The notes under the pieces: generated by a model
What the model was told of the DNA's origin: nothing
The model's database searches: none
What the model saw: only the letters and a program-made list of their open reading frames with translations
Made by a program: the position numbers and the translations under genes
Origin: Alphaproteobacteria bacterium
GTDB lineage: Bacteria; Pseudomonadota; Alphaproteobacteria; MPNO01
Assembly (NCBI GenBank): GCA_965248835.1
Contig: CBDFLJ010000002.1
Span: 1,152,001-1,216,000 of the forward strand
Length of the DNA stretch: 64,000 nucleotides
Direction: 5' to 3'
Part shown: piece after piece, positions 60,355 through 64,000 of the stretch
Layout of the letters: each line of letters opens with the position of its first letter
How positions within the stretch are numbered: position 1 is the first letter of the stretch

Positions 60355-61185
60355 TCAGGCGCCCAGAAAGAGCCGGCCGATATCCGCATCGGCCAACAGC
60401 GCATCGCCCGGGCCGGCCTTGGCGAGTCGGCCGGACACCAGCACATAGCCGATATCGGCGAACTCCAGGCCCTTCTTGGCGTTCTGCTCGACCATGACGA
60501 TGGTCTTTCCCTCGTTGCGCTGCAGGTCGTCGAGGATTTCGAAGACCATGTCGATGAACCGCGGCTCGAGCCCGATCGAGGGCTCGTCGACCAGGAGGAT
60601 CGACGGGTCCATGATCAGCGCGCGGGAGATCTCCAACAGCCGGCGCTCGCCGCCGGACAGCACGCCCGCGCGCTGGTCGCGGCGGTTGCGCAGCCGATCG
60701 TACTTCTCGAAGATACGCTCGGCCGCCGCCTGGGCCTGATCGACCGTCGCCATCAGGTAGCCGCCCATCAGCAGGTTCTCCTCGACCGTCAGGTCGGGAA
60801 ACACGGAGTTGTCCTGCAGGATGTAGGCGATGCCGGCATCGCGCAGCTTCTCGTTGGGTGCCAGGCCGGTCACGTCCCGGCCGGCGACCGAGATCGTTCC
60901 CGCGCGGATGTCGGTAAAGCCGTAGATCGAATGCAGCACCGTCGATTTGCCGGCGCCGTTGGGTCCGATCAGGCACAGAGTCTGGCCCCGCCCGAGCACG
61001 AGGTCGAAGCCGTGCAGCACCTCCATCTTGCCGTAGCCGGCGACCAGGCGGTCGATACCGAGCAGCGTATCGCCGTCGACCAGAGCTTCGAGGTCGGCTC
61101 TCCCGGGGCCTTCGGCGGTCAGCCGCTCGGCTTCGCGCGCGACGTCATCGGCCGAGATCAGGGTCTCGAATTCGTCCGCGCTCAT
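60355..61185 (-). CDS. Liv-type ABC transporter ATP-binding protein (LivF-like)
   Basis: GPNGAGKST, LSGGE, DEPSIGL and VEQNA motifs. Confidence 0.92.
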   Translation of the reverse strand: MSADEFETLISADDVAREAERLTAEGPGRADLEALVDGDTLLGIDRLVAGYGKMEVLHGFDLVLGRGQTLCLIGPNGAGKSTVLHSIYGFTDIRAGTISVAGRDVTGLAPNEKLRDAGIAYILQDNSVFPDLTVEENLLMGGYLMATVDQAQAAAERIFEKYDRLRNRRDQRAGVLSGGERRLLEISRALIMDPSILLVDEPSIGLEPRFIDMVFEILDDLQRNEGKTIVMVEQNAKKGLEFADIGYVLVSGRLAKAGPGDALLADADIGRLFLGA

Positions 61186-61931
61186 CAATGCGCTCCGAGA
61201 TAGGCATCGATCACGCGCTCGTCCTCGCGCACCTGATCGGGCGATCCGTCGGCGAGCAACTGGCCGTGGGCGAGGCAATATATGTGCTCGGCCAGGGTCA
61301 TGATCACCCGCATATTGTGCTCGATCACCAGCAAAGTGATCCCGAGCTCGGCATTGGCCCGCTTCAGCCGGTCGATGATGCCGTTGATCAGGGTCGGGTT
61401 GATGCCGGCCGTCGGCTCGTCCAATAACAACAGCTTGGGCTCGTTCATCAGCGCCATCGCGAACTCGAGCAGCTTCTGCTGGCCGAAGGACAGATCGCCG
61501 GCCAGCAGCAGGCGCTTGGAATGCAGCCCCACGAAGTTCAACAACGACTCTGCCTTTTCGCGGTCGCTCGGTGCGTGGCTCGCGAACATCGCGCGCAGAC
61601 CTTCCTCCCGGCTGGGCAGGGAGATCAGCATGTTCTCCACGCAGCTCATGTCGCCGTAGATACGGGTCTGCTGAAAGGTGCGCAGCAGCCCGAGCCGGGC
61701 GATCTGGGGCACGCGCAACGTCGAGATCTCCCGACCTTCGAACCGGATCGAGCCGGAATCGATGGGGTGGTAGCCGACGATGGAGTTGAACAGCGTCGTC
61801 TTGCCCGATCCGTTGGGGCCGATCAGCCCGATGATCGCTCCCTCGGGCACGTCGAGCGAGACCGCATCGTTGGCGATCACGCCGCCGAAGGTCTTGCTGA
61901 CGCCCTCGACCGCGAGCAGGGCACCGCTCAC
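61185..61931 (-). CDS. Liv-type ABC transporter ATP-binding protein (LivG-like)
   Basis: GPNGSGKTT, RTFQ, LSFGQ, DEPTAG and VIDAYLG motifs. Confidence 0.93.
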   Translation of the reverse strand: MSGALLAVEGVSKTFGGVIANDAVSLDVPEGAIIGLIGPNGSGKTTLFNSIVGYHPIDSGSIRFEGREISTLRVPQIARLGLLRTFQQTRIYGDMSCVENMLISLPSREEGLRAMFASHAPSDREKAESLLNFVGLHSKRLLLAGDLSFGQQKLLEFAMALMNEPKLLLLDEPTAGINPTLINGIIDRLKRANAELGITLLVIEHNMRVIMTLAEHIYCLAHGQLLADGSPDQVREDERVIDAYLGAH

Positions 61932-62956
61932 CGGTCGGGCTCCTCGATGCGGTGCCCGAAAAGTCCGGGCCAGCGCTCGCGCACGAAGCCCATGATGCCC
62001 TCCGGGAAGAACACCACGATCACCACGATCAGCGCGCCCAGCGCGACCTGCTGCCAGCCCAGGAAGAAGGTCCAGAACGTCTCCTTGAAGACGTGGAAAA
62101 TCAGGGCGCCGATCACCGGTCCCCAGATCGTGCCCTTGCCGCCCAGGATCGCCATCAGCACCATCCAGACCCCGAAAGTGATGCCGGCGAACGCGGTATC
62201 GCGCGGGTCGACGAAGCCGACCAGCAGCCCGACCGGCCCGCCGGCGAGCCCGAGGAAGAACGCCGAGACCGACCAGGAGACGGTCTTGTAGCGGGTGGTG
62301 TGGATGCCCATCGCCTCGGCCTTGTCCTCGTCGTCGCGGATGGCGTTGATCGCCAGACCGAAGCGGCCGCGATAGAGCCGGCGGTAGGAGAAGAAGACCA
62401 CCGCCGCCAGCACGAAGAACACGAAGTAGAAGAAGAAGGCCCGGCTGCCCAGCTCATCGGGAAAAACCGGGGTCGCAATCCCCGATCCGGCGCCGATATA
62501 GTCCCAGCCCGCGGCCAGCTCGCCGGCGGCGATCCCGAGCCCCAGGGTGCCGATGGCAAAGTAGTGGCCGCGCAGGCCCAGCACGCCGGAGCCGAGCACA
62601 ACCGCCACCGCGGCGGCGGCCAACCCGCCGGCCAGCGTCCCGACCGCCAGGCCGACCAGATACTGTTCCGTCGTGAAGGTGAAGGCCTTCTCGCCGCCGG
62701 CGGCGGTATAGGCGGCCACATCGTGCGCGAGCCCGATCTGGACCACTACGCAGACATACATCCCCACCCCGAAATAGAGGATGTTGCCGAAGGAGTTGTA
62801 GCCCATCTGGCCGCCCTGGGCGTCCCAGGTGAGTGCGAAGATCACCATCAGCCAGATGAAGGCGAGTTGGGCGACGATGGTGGTGAAGACGAACGGCGCC
62901 GCCAGGCTGAAGACCGCGACCGCGCCGTAGCCCAGCATGCCCAGCCGGCGGCTCAT
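61928..62956 (-). CDS. Liv-type ABC transporter permease (LivM-like)
   Basis: GYNSFG, LRGHYFAI, AIRDDE and LGGKGT motifs. Confidence 0.92.
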   Translation of the reverse strand: MSRRLGMLGYGAVAVFSLAAPFVFTTIVAQLAFIWLMVIFALTWDAQGGQMGYNSFGNILYFGVGMYVCVVVQIGLAHDVAAYTAAGGEKAFTFTTEQYLVGLAVGTLAGGLAAAAVAVVLGSGVLGLRGHYFAIGTLGLGIAAGELAAGWDYIGAGSGIATPVFPDELGSRAFFFYFVFFVLAAVVFFSYRRLYRGRFGLAINAIRDDEDKAEAMGIHTTRYKTVSWSVSAFFLGLAGGPVGLLVGFVDPRDTAFAGITFGVWMVLMAILGGKGTIWGPVIGALIFHVFKETFWTFFLGWQQVALGALIVVIVVFFPEGIMGFVRERWPGLFGHRIEEPDR

Positions 62957-63855
62957 GCCAGATATTTTCGCAAGCGCCGCAGCCGGAGGTTGCGCCAGAC
63001 AAGGATCGCGACCATCAGCAGGTAGACGAAGGCCACCTGGAACTCGGCGCCGAGAATGAAGCCGGCGTAGTTCTCCAGCGCCCCGAGCCCGAAGCCCGCT
63101 AGCACGACGCCGGCGACGTTGCCGAGCCCGGCCACCACGACGATCAGGAAGGAGCGCACGGTATAGAGGATGCCGAGGAAGGGGTGGATCACCCAGATCA
63201 TGACGACCAGCGCGCCCGCCGCGCCGCAGATCGCGGCATTGAGCGCATAGGTGGTGGCGTAGACGTGATCGGTGTCGACCCCCATGATGCGGGCGGCGCG
63301 GGCGTTCTGCGCGGTCGCCCGGATGGCGCGCCCGAGCTTGGCGCGGCGCAGGAAGACCAGCAGCACCGCACCCAGCACCACCGCGAGGCCGAAGGCGACG
63401 ACCTTGATCTGGGCGATCACCAGGCGGCCGTCGAGCAGCACCCAGGAATCGAGCCCGGGCTCCGCGCTCTGGATGTCGGCGGTGAAGATCAGGTTCATCA
63501 ACTGCTGCAGCAGGATGCTGATGCCGAAGGTCGCAAGGATCGAGATGAAGAGATCGCGGTCGACGATGCGGTAGATGACGGTTCGGTAGAGCGCCCAGCC
63601 GAGCAAATAGAGCGCAAGTGCGGCGATCGGGATGGAGATGATCGGGTTGATCCCCATCCCGACGAACAGGATGTAGGCGATGAAGCCGCCGAGGATCACG
63701 AACTCGCCCTGGGTGACGTTGATGATGTTCATCACCCCCCAGACCAGAGCCATGCCGTAGGCGGGCATGGCGAGAATGGCGCCGACCAGAAGCCCGTCGA
63801 TCAGCACCTGAAAGGCGAGCGAGGGGGTGTTCAGCAGAAGGGTCAGGTTTTCCAT
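62953..63855 (-). CDS. Liv-type ABC transporter permease (LivH-like)
   Basis: GMALVWGVMNIIN, GRAIRATAQN and VVVAGLGN motifs. Confidence 0.92.
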   Translation of the reverse strand: MENLTLLLNTPSLAFQVLIDGLLVGAILAMPAYGMALVWGVMNIINVTQGEFVILGGFIAYILFVGMGINPIISIPIAALALYLLGWALYRTVIYRIVDRDLFISILATFGISILLQQLMNLIFTADIQSAEPGLDSWVLLDGRLVIAQIKVVAFGLAVVLGAVLLVFLRRAKLGRAIRATAQNARAARIMGVDTDHVYATTYALNAAICGAAGALVVMIWVIHPFLGILYTVRSFLIVVVAGLGNVAGVVLAGFGLGALENYAGFILGAEFQVAFVYLLMVAILVWRNLRLRRLRKYLA

Positions 63856-63863
63856 AGCGCGCG

Positions 63864-63899
63864 GCGGCACCCGCGCACGTCGCCGCGCACGGGTACCGC
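63864..63899 (-). other. Intergenic stem-loop between the binding-protein gene and the permease (possible mRNA stabiliser)
   Basis: On the minus strand GCGGTACCCGTGC pairs with GCGCGGGTGCCGC, including G-U pairs. Confidence 0.4.
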
Positions 63900-63924
63900 T
63901 TCCGACCTGAGGCGTGCAGCCGGT

Positions 63925-64000
63925 CTAGCTGGTCGGCCTGAACTTGCCGGTGGCGAACTTGCTGGGCGCGACCGGAACATATTTGAGGCCCTGGATCTGC
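63925..64000 (-). CDS. C-terminus of a probable ABC substrate-binding protein (partial)
   Basis: Manual translation ...QIQGLKYVPVAPSKFATGKFRPTS*; lies upstream of the livH-like gene. Confidence 0.6.
   Translation of the reverse strand, partial: QIQGLKYVPVAPSKFATGKFRPTS

Overview
High-GC chromosomal window of an Alphaproteobacterium, probably Rhodospirillales-like, inferred from mucR, the ihfA-merR-tRNA-Pro arrangement, sdhE-mfd/recG synteny, the long-form ribA and hppA. Housekeeping blocks (rpiB-glyA-nrdR-ribD-ribE-ribB-ribH-nusB-thiL; hppA; bamE; yceD-rpmF-plsX-fabH-ihfA-merR-tRNA-Pro; mfd-sdhE-recG) alternate with catabolic and transport clusters. These include an HmfABC-like molybdo-hydroxylase beside a divergent aryl-CoA ligase, a TRAP transporter with a Rieske oxygenase, an MBL hydrolase-NadX-crotonase-CoA ligase operon, two amidohydrolases with non-canonical metal motifs, tandem MFS genes and a Liv-type ABC transporter. 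The best candidate for an undescribed system is a three-gene operon (34813-38204): two paralogous QueG/reductive-dehalogenase-like (cobalamin/2x[4Fe-4S]-type) proteins coupled to a PaaK-family CoA ligase. Directly downstream is an AT-rich intergenic segment between convergent genes that looks like a stand-alone sRNA gene of the SuhB/MmgR type. No integrase, IS, CRISPR array or rRNA was recognised. All family calls come from motif recognition by eye; no database search was run.
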